A program made the translations under genes and the position numbers. This document shows positions 11,381 to 23,627 of a DNA stretch of 34,544 nucleotides, in pieces; position 1 is the stretch's first letter, and each line of letters begins with the position of its first letter. The stretch is from NCBI RefSeq assembly GCF_001194135.2, contig NC_069004.1:22547553-22582096 (forward strand), given 5' to 3'. Source of the DNA: Octopus bimaculoides (lineage: Eukaryota). Under the pieces are notes generated by a model, which saw only the letters and a list, made by a program, of their open reading frames with translations, was not told where the DNA came from and searched no databases.

Positions 11381-11542
11381 GCGACGAACTTGGTAGTTTC
11401 CATCTACCAAATCCACTCACAAGGCTTTGGTCAGCCTGAAGCTATAGTAGAAGATACTTGCCCAAGGTGCCACGCAGTGGGACTGAACCCGGGACCATGT
11501 GGCTGGTAAGCAAGCTACTTACCACACAGCCACTCCTGCACC
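11110..11542 (-). mobile_element. tRNA-derived SINE family 1 (reverse copy, interrupted by a 10-N gap)
   Basis: Reverse complement of the 8429-8810 element along its length; retains more CpG, so possibly younger. Confidence 0.88.
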
Positions 11543-11595
11543 TGTGTTTATCTTTTACTTATGTTTATCTTTTTACTTATGTTTATCTTTTACTT
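11538..11595 (+). repeat. Three tandem copies of a 17-18 bp unit (TGTTTATCTTTTACTTA)
   Basis: Seen directly; adjoins the tail of another partial minus-strand SINE (about 11590-11770). Confidence 0.85.
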
Positions 11596-12431
11596 GTTTC
11601 AGTCATACTGGCCATTCTGGGGCACCACCATGAAGAATTTTAGTTGTACTTATTGAGCCCAGCATATTTTTTTTGTAAAACCTGGTACTTATTTTATTGG
11701 CTTCTTTTGATGGACCACTAAATTACAGTGACATAAGCTTACCAACACTGGTTGTCAAGCAGTGGCGGTAAAAATGGCCCACAAGCCTCTACAGAACTTC
11801 GAATCCTATGCATCTCAAACTCCAGTTAAGCACTCTGTACTATTAAGCTAAATGACCTATAACATGTGATGTCTCTCTCTGTGTCTCTCTCCCTCTTTCT
11901 CTCATTCTCTGTATCTGTATATGTATATTTCTGTGCATGTTGCATGAGTGTGTGTTTATCTGTCACCAAAACAAGTTGAATGTCCATCAGCATCCAAACT
12001 GTTACAACCAATCATTTCATTCCATGAGGAAAGACATCTGGCCATGGAATACTGCTTCAAAAACTCTCATCCGTCCCATATCATCATAGAAAAAAAAAAA
12101 AAAAAAAAAGTAAAAACAAAGGCATCAATGATGATGGTATCAGTTAAAACACCAGTTGAGATTATATTTTATATAGACTTGACTTCAATGTAAACATCAA
12201 TATGGCTACAGGAAACTACCTCAGGTTGCTGTGAAATAACATTTATTATCAGTTAAAAACACCAGTTAAAGTTACATAGACACTATTGATTTAAATTAAC
12301 TTCACTATGTGTTATGACATTTGTTTGTTTTATTGTTGCTGTAAATTCATTGTTTATCTATGGTTGCCTGATAACACTACCACTGCCATGTGATACTCTC
12401 TGTCAGTCTGTCTCACCCTTTCCTCCTCACC

Positions 12432-12577
12432 CTCTCTCTCTCTCCCTCTCTCAACTAACTGAGCCACCAACTGACTATGTCCTCTCGGTGGTCCACTTAA
12501 AGGAAAGAGTGGAAGAGTGTGTAAGTATCACACAGCAGTGAACCATAAACTGATACTCTTTTGGTGGTCTAATTAAT

Positions 12578-12642
<65 letters not shown>
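12432..12642. repeat. Imperfect hairpin: (CT)n-CAACTAACTGAGCCACCA ... TGGTGGTCTAATTAATTG-(GA)n
   Basis: Diverged 18-bp inverted arms (12452-12469 / 12562-12579) extended by complementary CT and GA microsatellites. Confidence 0.55.
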
Positions 12643-12644
<2 letters not shown>

Positions 12645-13063
12645 ATATCACATGGAATAAACCACCCATGGATACTCTCTTGGTAGTTTAGAGAGGTAGA
12701 GGTATCTGAAATTATTTTTCTATTATTTTGGAGGAGGAGGGTACAAGTTACTTCTATTGACTGTATCAGATACTGGATATGCTGGGTAGGCCATGGCTTA
12801 TGCAAAAATATTTTATCACTTGATATTGGTAGTGGTTGATGTTGTTTAGTTCAAAATAAACTCTGTTCCAAGATACCTATGATTGAACTATATTATCTAC
12901 TGCATCTTGTCCCTACTTAAGATAGTAAGAGCTGTGATTTGAAGGATATTTAGATGCTACTCCTATCAGATCAGAGGTAGAGGCTTCATTTCCAGTGGCT
13001 TGTCTCATATTGGTAGTAATAAGTAATGTCAAATAGAGTTGAACTAGCTCATATTCTATTAAT

Positions 13064-13450
13064 CTTTTATCTTTTACTTGTTTCAAGCATTTTGACTGCG
13101 TTCATGCTGGCACATCGCATTGAAGGGTTTTAGTCGAACAGATTGACTCCAGGACGTTTTTTTGCTAAGCCTAATACTTATTCTGTTGGTGTCTTTTGCC
13201 AAACTGCTAAGTTACAGAAATGTAAACACACCAGCATCAGTTGTCAAGTGGTGGTAGGGGACAAACACAAAGACACACACACACACATAAAATGGGCTTC
13301 TTTCAGTTTCTGTTTACCAAATCCACTTACAAAGCTTTGGTCGGCCCAAGCTATTGTAGAAGGCATTTGCCCAAGGTGCCACACACTGGGACTGAATCCA
13401 GAACCATGTGGTTGAGAAGTAAACTTCTTACCATAAATCCATGCCTGTGC
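13064..13450 (-). mobile_element. tRNA-derived SINE family 1 (reverse copy); partial copies also near 3440-3640, 22300-22385, 24915-25100
   Basis: Same core and tail as 8429-8810 in reverse orientation. Confidence 0.85.
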
Positions 13451-14619
13451 TTATAATTAATTGAAGTATTTCTGATGAGTTGGAGTACTGCATCATGGAC
13501 CAGTGTCTACTTTGGGTGACTCGTCTCTTGCACGCAACTCCTGACTCATCTTGTACCCAAGTTTTCTCTTAGCTCATTTATACTCTGATGTTCATGCACA
13601 CTAACATATTTTGAAGGCATTGCTCCAGCATAGCTGCAGTCCAGTAAGTGAAAGCAGTGAAAGAAAATGTGGTCATTATTTAAATGCTTTTGGTTTATCA
13701 GTATTAACTTTTGTGGGCACTAATATATATAAAAAATTGTGTTATGTATCTGTGTGTGAACATATATTTTTACAAACATGTTCAATATTAGAATATATTT
13801 TCATACTACTCATTTATGTAGCCACCGGTATCTATAATATCATTCTGCTACAGTCTGTGCACATAATACTTCATCTGTAGAATGAATCAAAAACATTAAG
13901 CATACAACATTTATATTATTTATAAGACAATTGACTGCTAAACTAAGGAAGATATAATTTATTATTGATGGAACATTTATCTTATTATCTATTAGACAAC
14001 TGATTGATAAATGATAAATGTATATTTTAAATTGTATTATACATTACTGATATATTGTTTTTTTAGAATTTACAGTTTAGTTGGACACTACTGTACTTAG
14101 CCCAGTCATATGCACTTTTGTTTGATATGAAAATATATGTAGATTAGCATATTAAGGTTTACCAACTGTTGTACTTCAACAGAATAATGTTGAAGATAGA
14201 CATATCTTTGATTTTATTCCATTGTTAAGATTGCTTACTAATTGGTAGAAGATACGAATTATAGATAACAACTCTAAAGGTTGAAAACATGACAAATGTA
14301 TAATAGAAAATACCATTTTGAAAGTTGTTCTCTCACAAAACTGTACCTAAGGACTTCACATCATCTCCTGAATGAAGCATTTCAGAAAAAAAAAATGCTT
14401 TAAAAGAAATTAAATATTTCATGATCCTCTATAAATTTCCAACAATCTCATAGTTTACAAAATAATCATCAAATTTCCACAGGCACTGCAGGTATGTAAG
14501 AAATTATGTTATGGTACATAATGTGCAACATATCCCTCTACATATGGGTTTAGTTTTTACTCTAGCCAAGATTAGAATCTCAATGAAGGGTAATCACACA
14601 GTATCAATGGATAATATAA

Positions 14620-14864
14620 TATTGGTTTCAAATTTTGGCTCAAATCCAACAATTTCTGGGGAGGGCATAAATCAATTACTTTGATCCCCAGTGCTGAACT
14701 GGTACTTAGATGTCTTGCAAACAACTCCGCATACCTCTCTTTATCAACTCTGAAAAGTTGAAAGCAAAGTTAACCTTGGTGAAATTTGATCTCAGAATGT
14801 GAAGACAGACAAAATGCCACTAGCCATTTTACTTGGAATGCTAACAGTTTTGCCGGCTTGTCAC
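14620..14864 (-). mobile_element. SINE family 2 (reverse copy); other reverse copies near 14880-15005, 19865-20035, 34370-34520
   Basis: Reverse complement of the GGCAAGCTGGCAGAA...TTCAAATTC...GACTTTGCCTTTCATC element at 27280-27491. Confidence 0.75.
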
Positions 14865-15186
14865 CCTGATAGATAGTATAATATGGGTCTCAAACTTTTG
14901 CACAAAGTTCAGGGGAAGGGGTAAGTCATTGACATTGATTCCAGTGTTCAACTGGTATTTATTTTATTGACCCTGGAAAGATGAAAGGCAAATGGATAGT
15001 AAGGTATTAACAACAAAACCACCATAATCCCAAAATCCCCAAACCCTTTGACACATTCAACCCTACAGAATGAAGGACAACTTAGAACAATGTGAACACA
15101 GGATATAAAAGATTCATGGAAAACAGGCACATCAAATATATATACTTCCATCATCAGCTACCAAATGGATATCATTATGGTTTCAA

Positions 15187-15217
<31 letters not shown>

Positions 15218-15598
15218 TCATCATGTTTCAATTCTCTTTGAATTTACAGACTTTGCATTCATGCATGAAAAATGCTCTCCCTTCATCCTGTCTTTATTGA
15301 TAAGGTTTATTGTGGTGCAGTTGTTGAGATTAGACCAACTAGCAATGTTTTTCTTCCATCTATGTTTAGGTACACCCTGATTTCTTTTCATTCTCAATCA
15401 ATCTCTTAAGACACCTTCGATAGACTTTTTATGAATCTTTTAATATACTCAAAGACCATAAGGATTATAGGTCTTATTTATGCTCTGATGGGGATAACAT
15501 TATACAAAGGTAAATGATGTATTTGTGATCAGTTATATTATAAACATGTCATAAAGTCTACCTATTTCTCTGATTGTATTTTCGTTTCATATAGCTTT

Positions 15599-15663
15599 TG
15601 TAGTGATGCATTACTGGCACAACATTCTGTCTGATGTAGTGATGCATTACTAGCACAACATTC
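15599..15663 (+). repeat. Local tandem duplication, 36-bp period (29 bp repeated with one mismatch)
   Basis: TGTAGTGATGCATTACTGGCACAACATTC / TGTAGTGATGCATTACTAGCACAACATTC. Confidence 0.92.
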
Positions 15664-16111
15664 CACCCATCTGACACATCTAATAAACAAAATAAATTTG
15701 GTACCACTGTTTTTGTCACGTTTCTTTGCAAAATTGATTCTTTATTTGACTGCTTTCATTCTGTTATCTCCAAAACTACTGTAGTTAAGACTTCAACATT
15801 TTTTTTTACTATGCAAAATAATATATTTATTGTATAACCTGGAGCTTGTTCAGCATATGACATATTGAATATAACCAAACTATTTACATAATATATAAAT
15901 AGTTTGAGAAATAAATTAAAAAAGAAACAGCAAATTTAGTAAAAGAAACAATATATTATTTCAATTTGTAATCATTGACATCATGTGCATACACACAGCA
16001 TATACGTACACACAAAACTTATACACACAGCACATACATACACATGGACACACCAAATTTGCATACACAAAGACACAACTAAAAAAAGAAGATAAAGGAA
16101 CAAAACTGAAA

Positions 16112-16290
16112 TTAAAATTTCAAAAATATTTTGCAATTCTTTGAGAATCTATTTTTGTCAGTCTCAGACAACATGACCTTATGTTCAATGACATCGATAT
16201 CTGGAGATTCGATGTATAAATCATTTAAACATTTTTCAATTCTTGAAATTCTATCAAATAGTTCAATTATTTCTTTTTCTTTCCCTTTTT
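16112..16290 (-). CDS. Candidate terminal coding exon or coding relic (KGKEKEIIELFDRISRIEKCLNDLYIESPDIDVIEHKVMLSETDKNRFSKNCKIFLKF*)
   Basis: Open frame with E/K/I/D-rich helical composition, possible acceptor GAATTTATAG|, TAA stop, followed by SINE-poor AT-rich sequence with AATAAA on the minus strand. Acceptor weak, no homology recognised. Confidence 0.3.
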
Positions 16291-17100
16291 CTATAAATTC
16301 ATATATATATATCATCATCATCATTGTTTAACATGCGCCTGCAAAAATATGAAACTATATGTGTATTTATATGTATAGGTACATATAGATATATGTTACT
16401 ATATATTTATAGTAATGTATATATGTGTGTGTATATATATATATGCTTTCGGTGTGAATGGTTTTATCTCCCACGCGGATAGGAAAGCCTTTTTTTCTGT
16501 TGAGGGCTTATATGCCCCTTTATTAGACTATTTTTCTTAGACACTGCATGGTGATAACCATAAGCTTTAAGATTATATATATATATATATATATATNNNN
16601 NNNNNNNNNNNNNNNNNNNNNNNNNNNNNNNNNNNNNNNNNNNNNNNNNNNNNNNNNNNNNNNNNNNNNNNNNNNNNNNNNNNNNNNNNNNNNNNNNNNN
16701 NNNNNNNNNNNNNNNNNNNNNNNNNNNNNNNNNNNNNNNNNNNNNNNNNNNNNNNNNNNNNNNNNNNNNNNNNNNNNNNNNNNNNNNNNNNNNNNNNNNN
16801 NNNNNNNNNNNNNNNNNNNNNNNNNNNNNNNNNNNNNNNNNNNNNNNNNNNNNNNNNNNNNNNNNNNNNNNNNNNNNNNNNNNNNNNNNNNNNNNNNNNN
16901 NNNNNNNNNNNNNNNNNNNNNNNNNNNNNNNNNNNNNNNNNNNNNNNNNNNNNNNNNNNNNNNNNNNNNNNNNNNNNNNNNNNNNNNNNNNNNNNNNNNN
17001 NNNNNNNNNNNNNNNNNNNNNNNNNNNNNNNNNNNNNNNNNNNNNNNNNNNNNNNNNNNNNNNNNNNNNNNNNNNNNNNATATATATATATATATATAAG

Positions 17101-17940
17101 TAATCATCATCCTTTAATGTCTGTTGTTCATGCTGGCATGGCTTGGACAGTTTGACCAGGGCTGGTAAGCTGAGGGGCTGCACCAGACTCCAGTCTGATT
17201 TCGTATGGTTTCTATGGTTGGATGCCCTTCCTAATGCCAACTGCTCTGAAAGTGTAATGGGTGATTTTGCATGCCACCAGTACAGGTGCCAGTTGTGTGA
17301 CACCAGTATCTGCCACTATTATGATTTCACTTGGCTTCATGGGTCTTGTTTTCAAGCACAGCATATTGACAAAGGTCTTTGTTACCTGTCATTGCCTCCA
17401 TGAGACCCAATGCTTGAAAGGTGTTTTTTACATGCCACCAGCATGGGTGTCAGTTATGTGACACTAACAACAGCCACAACTATGATTTCACTTGGCTTGA
17501 CAGGTCTTTTAAAGCACCATATATTGCTAAACGTCTTGGTCACTAGTCATTGCCTCCATAAGTCCCAACGTTTGAAATCATGAGTCACCACCTTGTCCCA
17601 TGTCTTCCTGGGTCTCCATCTTTCACAGCTTCTCTCCACTGATAGAGATTGACACTTCTTCACACAGCCACTTTCATACATATCACATGACTGTACCAAA
17701 TCAGTCATCTCTCTTGCACACCACATCTGATGCCTCTTGTGCTCAACTTTTCTCTCAAGATGCTTACACTCTGTCGTACATGCACACTGACATTGCACGT
17801 CCAGTGAAGCAGACGAGCTTCATTTCTTTCAAGCCTATGCATATCCTCAGCAGTCATAGCCCATGTTTCACTGCCATGTAGCATGGCTGTTCGCACATAG
17901 GCATCATATGATCTGCCTTTCTCTCTGAAGGAAAGGGCCT
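17101..17940 (-). mobile_element. 5'-truncated copy of the same RTE LINE family as 4420-7455 (ORF C-terminus, 3' UTR, (GAT)n tail)
   Basis: Minus-strand RTAMLHSSETWAMTAEDMHRLERNEARLL...RPRKTWDKVV; parallels 7020-7120 and continues further 3'. Confidence 0.92.
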
Positions 17941-17970
17941 ACACATACACATATCTGTGTATCCATATAT

Positions 17971-18038
<68 letters not shown>

Positions 18039-18056
18039 NNNNNNNNNNTCTATCTA

Positions 18057-18119
<63 letters not shown>

Positions 18120-18539
18120 ACATATATATATGCACATATTTGTATCTATCTATCCATATGTATACATACATATATATATAAACATATGTATACATGTTTT
18201 TTTTATATGTGTATATATAAATATGCACATATATATTTGTGTATTTATATATATTTTTATAATGATTGGCTATTTTATTAGTTTGCTGTTGCTGAGATAA
18301 TTTATTACTAGACGCTTGATAAAATGATATTAATCTTTTATATTTTTGATTGACACAGCATTTTAATTATTAGATGTTCACATGACTTTTGGGAGTTATA
18401 TATTTGCATATATTGGGTGATTAGGTTAAGTTTGATGATTTTTTATGCCTCCTTTCTTCAGGAACAACTTGATGTATTGATGAACAGTCAATGGTGATGG
18501 AGAGCATAAAGATTAAGGTTGTAGTTGAGAAAAAGTTAG

Positions 18540-19691
18540 CTGACAGAAGGGAACTGGAAGCTGTCAGAATATTGGGAACAAGTTATGTGTGTCATGATGA
18601 TTTGCACTGGTATCAAAATTTTGACATCATGACTGCTGTTCGATGCCATGAACACTACAAAGGCTGGAAGTCATGACATGGATAACTGTTGTGGTGACTA
18701 TGAAGCTGTAGCCAGCAGGAAGGGACATGGATTACCAGAATTTACCCAACAACTGCAGGACAAGAAGATGGAAGACTCAGGCAATGGAATATGGGCCTTG
18801 GTAAGAGAGATGAGTGTTGGGGTTGCCACTATGAAGCTGGCACTGAATGAAGACCTTTACTGCTGCTTATACAAGAGGTGCAAGGGACAAATTCTGACAA
18901 CTAGTGTCAAAAAGAACTGCTTGACAAAGGCAAAGAAGCTCCTGAACAAGCTGAAGCATCCTGTTGAGCTGGGGATGATCTGGTTCTTGTCAGCCAAAAA
19001 AAGAGCTTCTGCCAGAACCAGTTGCATAACACCCAAAAAATCATCTGGTTTACTTACAATCTATGTAATGTCTCATGTACCATGAAAAGTAAGTTTCTCC
19101 AAACTGTGATGGTCTTTGGGTGTATCTCAAGTGAGGGATCATGTTGTCCCACATCTTTGAACAGGGTCTAGGGCTCAGTTCAGCTGGCTGTATGGAGCTG
19201 CTAGAGACTGTCATCAAACCCTGGCTGTAGAAGGTTGTTGCTAGAAGGTCATATGTGTGACAATGTGATTTCACTCCTTCCCATACATCCAGAAAGAGTC
19301 AGAAATAGTTGACAACAAATTTCTAGGATTTCATCAGCCCCAATTTCTGGCCTCTTGATTTCTCCCAATTGTAATCCCTTGGATTACTTTGTGTGGGGTG
19401 CAGCTGAGAAAGATAACAACTGCCTGCAACACCAAGTCCAAGCTTGTAGCCAAGATCAAGGATGTGTTTGAAGATCTTCTCAGGGACATAGTAAGGAATG
19501 CATGCACCAGGTTCTGGAGCTGTGTTGAAACTGTGGAAACTGAGGGCAGCTATTTCGAGTAAATTGTTATCTCCCAGCCATGACCTACTTGATAATTTTT
19601 GATTTTTTAAAAATACTTTTATTTTTGGCTGGGATATTACATTTTCTTTTCCTCTTATTCAAACTGTCAAATTTAGCTTGAACACACTGTA
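18540..19691 (+). mobile_element. Dead mariner-superfamily DNA transposon, DD37D (maT) type, with right TIR
   Basis: Translation across stops and shifts: GDYEAVASRK, KKLLNKLKHP..MIWFLS, TVMVFGCISSEG, LETVIKPWL, QCDFTPSH, NFWP..DYFVWG, RNACTRFWS..ETEGSYFE*. Counting 37 residues between the 2nd and 3rd D requires removing a 1-nt insertion. Right end ...TTGAACACACTG|TA; left TIR not found. Confidence 0.9.
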
Positions 19692-20323
19692 TACATTTCT
19701 TCATGCTAATTGTCCATTGTAGCTCTTGGAAATAAAGAGGTATTTGATTGAAAGTACATTAAAATTTATAGTAGGAGTTTGTGATGATGGCAGTCATTAC
19801 CATCACCACTACCACCACGATAATGGCAATGATATTGATGATGATGGTTTCTTATTTAGGTACAAAGGCAGCAATTTTTAAATGGAGAGTGTTAGTTGCG
19901 GTCATAATCCCCTGTACTTGACTGATATTTCATTTTATTGACTCTGGGGTAATGAAAGGCAAAGTTTACCTTGGTGAAATTCAAACTCAAAATGCCACAA
20001 GGCATTTTCTCCAATACTCTAATCTGTTTGCCAATACATTGACATAAACAACAACTGCAATAACAATAATAATAATAACTATTATTGCTACAGCAGAACT
20101 GATTCCAGTGCTGGTGCCACGTAAAAAGCACCCAGTGCACTCTCTGAAGTAGTTGATGTTAGGAAGGGCATTCAGCCATAGAAACCATACCAGAACTGAC
20201 AATGGAGCCTGGTACATCCCTCGGCCTTACCAGCTCCAGTCAAACTGTCCAACTCATGCCAGCTTGGAAAATGGATGTTGAATGATGATGATGGTTATTC
20301 TGTCAAATGTAATTCTTATTTGT

Positions 20324-20605
20324 TCAGACTGGGCAGCTCCGACAGTTTATGTAAAGAAAAAAAAAATTAAGAAGGTATGCAAACTTTTCAGCTGGATTAA
20401 ATGACAGTTTACTCGAACACAACTATGCAATACCAAACCCAGAAGAAGTGTTCTCAAAACTAAATGGAGGAAAAATTTTCTCAAAGTTAGGCCTCTATGA
20501 GGCCTATCTATAGATACAGGTAGAGGAAGATGGCACACACCTTTTAACAATCAACACCACCATAGATTGGGTAAATTCAAGTGGTTTCCTTTTGGAATAA
20601 AAGTA
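20324..20605 (+). mobile_element. Gypsy/Ty3 LTR-retrotransposon reverse transcriptase fragment
   Basis: SDWAAPTVYVKKK...GLNDSLLEHNYAIPNPEEVFSKLNGGKIFSKLGLYEAYL*IQVEEDGTHLLTINT..FPFGIKV matches the Gypsy RT N-terminal motifs (WAAPIV, YPLP, FSKLDL..AY, LLTINT, LPFG); frameshifted. Confidence 0.88.
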
Positions 20606-20942
20606 GACATTTCAAAGTTATTTTCTTGTGGAGCTATCGGCGATAGCACAATAGATGAGTGAAAGATAAGACGCAGAATACCACCACAACATAATTGTGG
20701 TGACAAGAATATTAGTGTTGACAACAACATACAAGTGGATGAGGATCCACATTATAACAGTGATCCTAAATCTCTTTCTTTGTAATCCTCATTTCAAGTT
20801 TTGGCTCCACACAGAAGAATGCTCTCCAAACTCACACCCTGAAGGCATCCTTGGTTACTTTGAAACACTCGATTGCCAGATGTTTTGAAGCTTGTGTAGA
20901 GATTAGCTGCAGGAAAGTATCTGGGTTTGAGTGACTGTGTAT

Positions 20943-20995
<53 letters not shown>

Positions 20996-21589
20996 AATAG
21001 TTTTGTGTGGGTGTATTTATTATATGAATATCTTAGCTATTTTCACATATACCCATATATGGTATACTCACGTGTGTTTGTGTGTGTGTGTGTGTAGATA
21101 GAGATAAGGATATATGTATACACACATGTACATATATTTTAGATATTAAAACTGAAGAAAAAATTTTATATGAACTTTTTATTCAATTTAAATTCTTTAA
21201 TATGTAATTACATGTATGCATACATGTGTGTTTGTGTGCATATATATATGTGTTTGTATATGTGTTATATACATAAAAGAAATGGAACGAAGAAAATATG
21301 CAAAATTAGCTGACATTGGTAATTTGAAGAGATGGATTTAGAAATTGCTTTGACTCAGTTTTCTTATGACCTCCAGATGGCATATAACAAACTGTGGTGG
21401 TGGGGCACTAATTCAATAAATGGTATAATCAGCACTTGTCCTGCAAAGTACAAAGACATATCTTTTACAAGCCAACACTGAAATATCTATGTGGCCTCTC
21501 AGCCTGCTAGAAATAGCAACCAAAACTGTCAAGCCACATTCTACTGTCTTAAACAATAAAAGAAAAACAATGGATAATGCTGTTTTATA

Positions 21590-22215
21590 TACACAGACAC
21601 GACAGAAGTAAATAGACTCCCCATAAAACATTGTTTTATGTTTATTCTAACTTGTAACGGTTTATATTTTTTATTTATTGACATTTTTATGTTTTAGGTT
21701 CTATATGTGACTGTTTAATCATGCCATGTACAAAGGAAGCCTTAGAACTGTCTGAATTTCAAAGAGGCTGTATTGTGGGTCATTCTGAAGGTAGACATGG
21801 TCAGTGTAAAATCACAGAAAACCTTGGGATCCCACTTTCTACAGTTACTAGAGTGATTGTGCAATTCACCAGAAAGGGGAAGGAGTCCACATCACCTCGC
21901 CCAGATCAACCAGGACCCTTCTCTTTGTTAAAAGAAGTATGGAGGATAATCCTCGTTGCAAGGCCTCTTACATAGCAGAACTAGTTGATGTCAGCCCCAG
22001 AACAGCTGTCAGATATCTCCTCAAACTTGGTTAGTATGGTAGAGCAGCAAGAAGGAAGCCACTTCTTCGACCAGCCAATATCAAGCAGAGAACAGATTGG
22101 GCCAGTGAGATGGTGGTGAGGCCACTAGCATTTTGGGACTCTGCCATATTCTCTGATGAGTCCAGATTTGCTGTTATTTCCTGACAGTGGTTGAGTGTGG
22201 ATCTGGAGATTCTGT
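21590..22215 (+). mobile_element. 3'-truncated Tc1-like transposase remnant
   Basis: ATG at 21721: [24 protein letters not shown] (HTH); after a frameshift VSPRTAVRYL..G*YGRAARRKPLL..DWA..FWDSAIFSDESRF..VWIWR (first catalytic D). Rest absent; 5' boundary approximate. Confidence 0.9.
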
Positions 22216-23029
22216 GTTTAAAATATTCAAGACATGCCAAATGTTTGATGGCATCCATCCTATTCACCAGGATTTGAAGATGAGTCAGATGCTTATGCTA
22301 TCAGTGTTTTCTACTGAATCGCTCAGTTATGGGGACATAAACTAACCAACACTGATTGTCAAGCAGTAGTGGGGACAAGCACAAACTTATAAATATGTAT
22401 ACTTAACATACACTTAACGACAGACAACTGGGGTCTGGTGCAGCCCTCCAGCTTACAAGCTCCTATCAAACTGTTCAACCCATGCCAGCATGGAAAACAG
22501 GCATTAAATGATAATGATGATGATAGACTTCCACACATCTTCTATCTACCAATTTCACTCACAAGTTGTGCAATAGGACCAAACATGAGACAAAATGGTT
22601 GCAAAGTGTGCTTCATAACCACACAACATAGCTGTACCTCTCATGAAAATTAAAATAGAATTCTTAAATTTTCTGGAAATCAATCCTCCCAACTTTCCTG
22701 CTGTTGTATGTTCAAATCAATTACCTGGCTTCCACATATTTGGTCCAAAGAAATAGGACAGTGAATACATGTGATGCAGGCCATATACTTACTCAGTGAG
22801 ATTGATACAGTTGATATTCAAGTGGAACTTCTTGTGAATGTAGAGTGGATTAATTCAATTACCAAAAATAATTTTAATCTTAAAGAAACTTTAAGTCTTA
22901 AATTTTAATTTAATTTTTGACTAATTGTTTAGTTAATTTAATATCATTAAGATCAGATGTCTGTCACCTCTACCCTTTCTTTCTCCACTGTCAGAAAAAT
23001 GGTGTTTTTTCTGATAGATACTGTGTTTG

Positions 23030-23075
23030 TGTGAAAATGGTTACATGTGTATAAGTGCGTGTGAAAGCATGTGAT

Positions 23076-23132
<57 letters not shown>

Positions 23133-23445
23133 ACATGCATGTGTGTGTGTCTAAGTGTGTGTATGATGGTATATATATATGTAAGTGTATGAGATTCTGT
23201 GAGTAAGTGTATGGGATTGTGCATGTGTGTGTGAAATTGTGTGATGGTGTGCATGAGAGCCCGTATGTAAGTATATGGGATTGTGTGTGTGTGTTTGTAA
23301 CTATGTAAGATTGGATATGCTTAAGTGTATGAATTTGTGTGTATGAAGATTGACTGTGCATGTGTGAGTGAGAGTTTGTGTGTTCATGCATATGTGTACG
23401 TATATCCAATTGTATGTGTGTGTGTGTGTGTGCGTGTGTGTAGAA
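23030..23445. repeat. (GT)n microsatellite and degenerate GT-rich low-complexity tract; other (GT)n near 20945-20990
   Basis: Seen directly; explains the HT-rich antisense ORFs. Confidence 0.9.
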
Positions 23446-23627
23446 CTTATTTTTGGCAATTTTCATTGTGTAGTTGATTTAGCTAGCTTTGCCAGACATA
23501 ATGAAACTTCCGGAAAAAAACTTTGGATAGAAATAATATTCACAGCACCACATCAGTAGTACCTAAAAATACTGTCTTTCTTTGTCTACATTGGTATGTG
23601 TATATTCTGTGTAGATGTGGTTGTTTA

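Noticed and set aside
13472-13550. CTGATGAG followed by a 13-14 bp imperfect hairpin
   Set aside because: No GAAA after the stem, so not a hammerhead; the hairpin is short enough to be chance or repeat debris.
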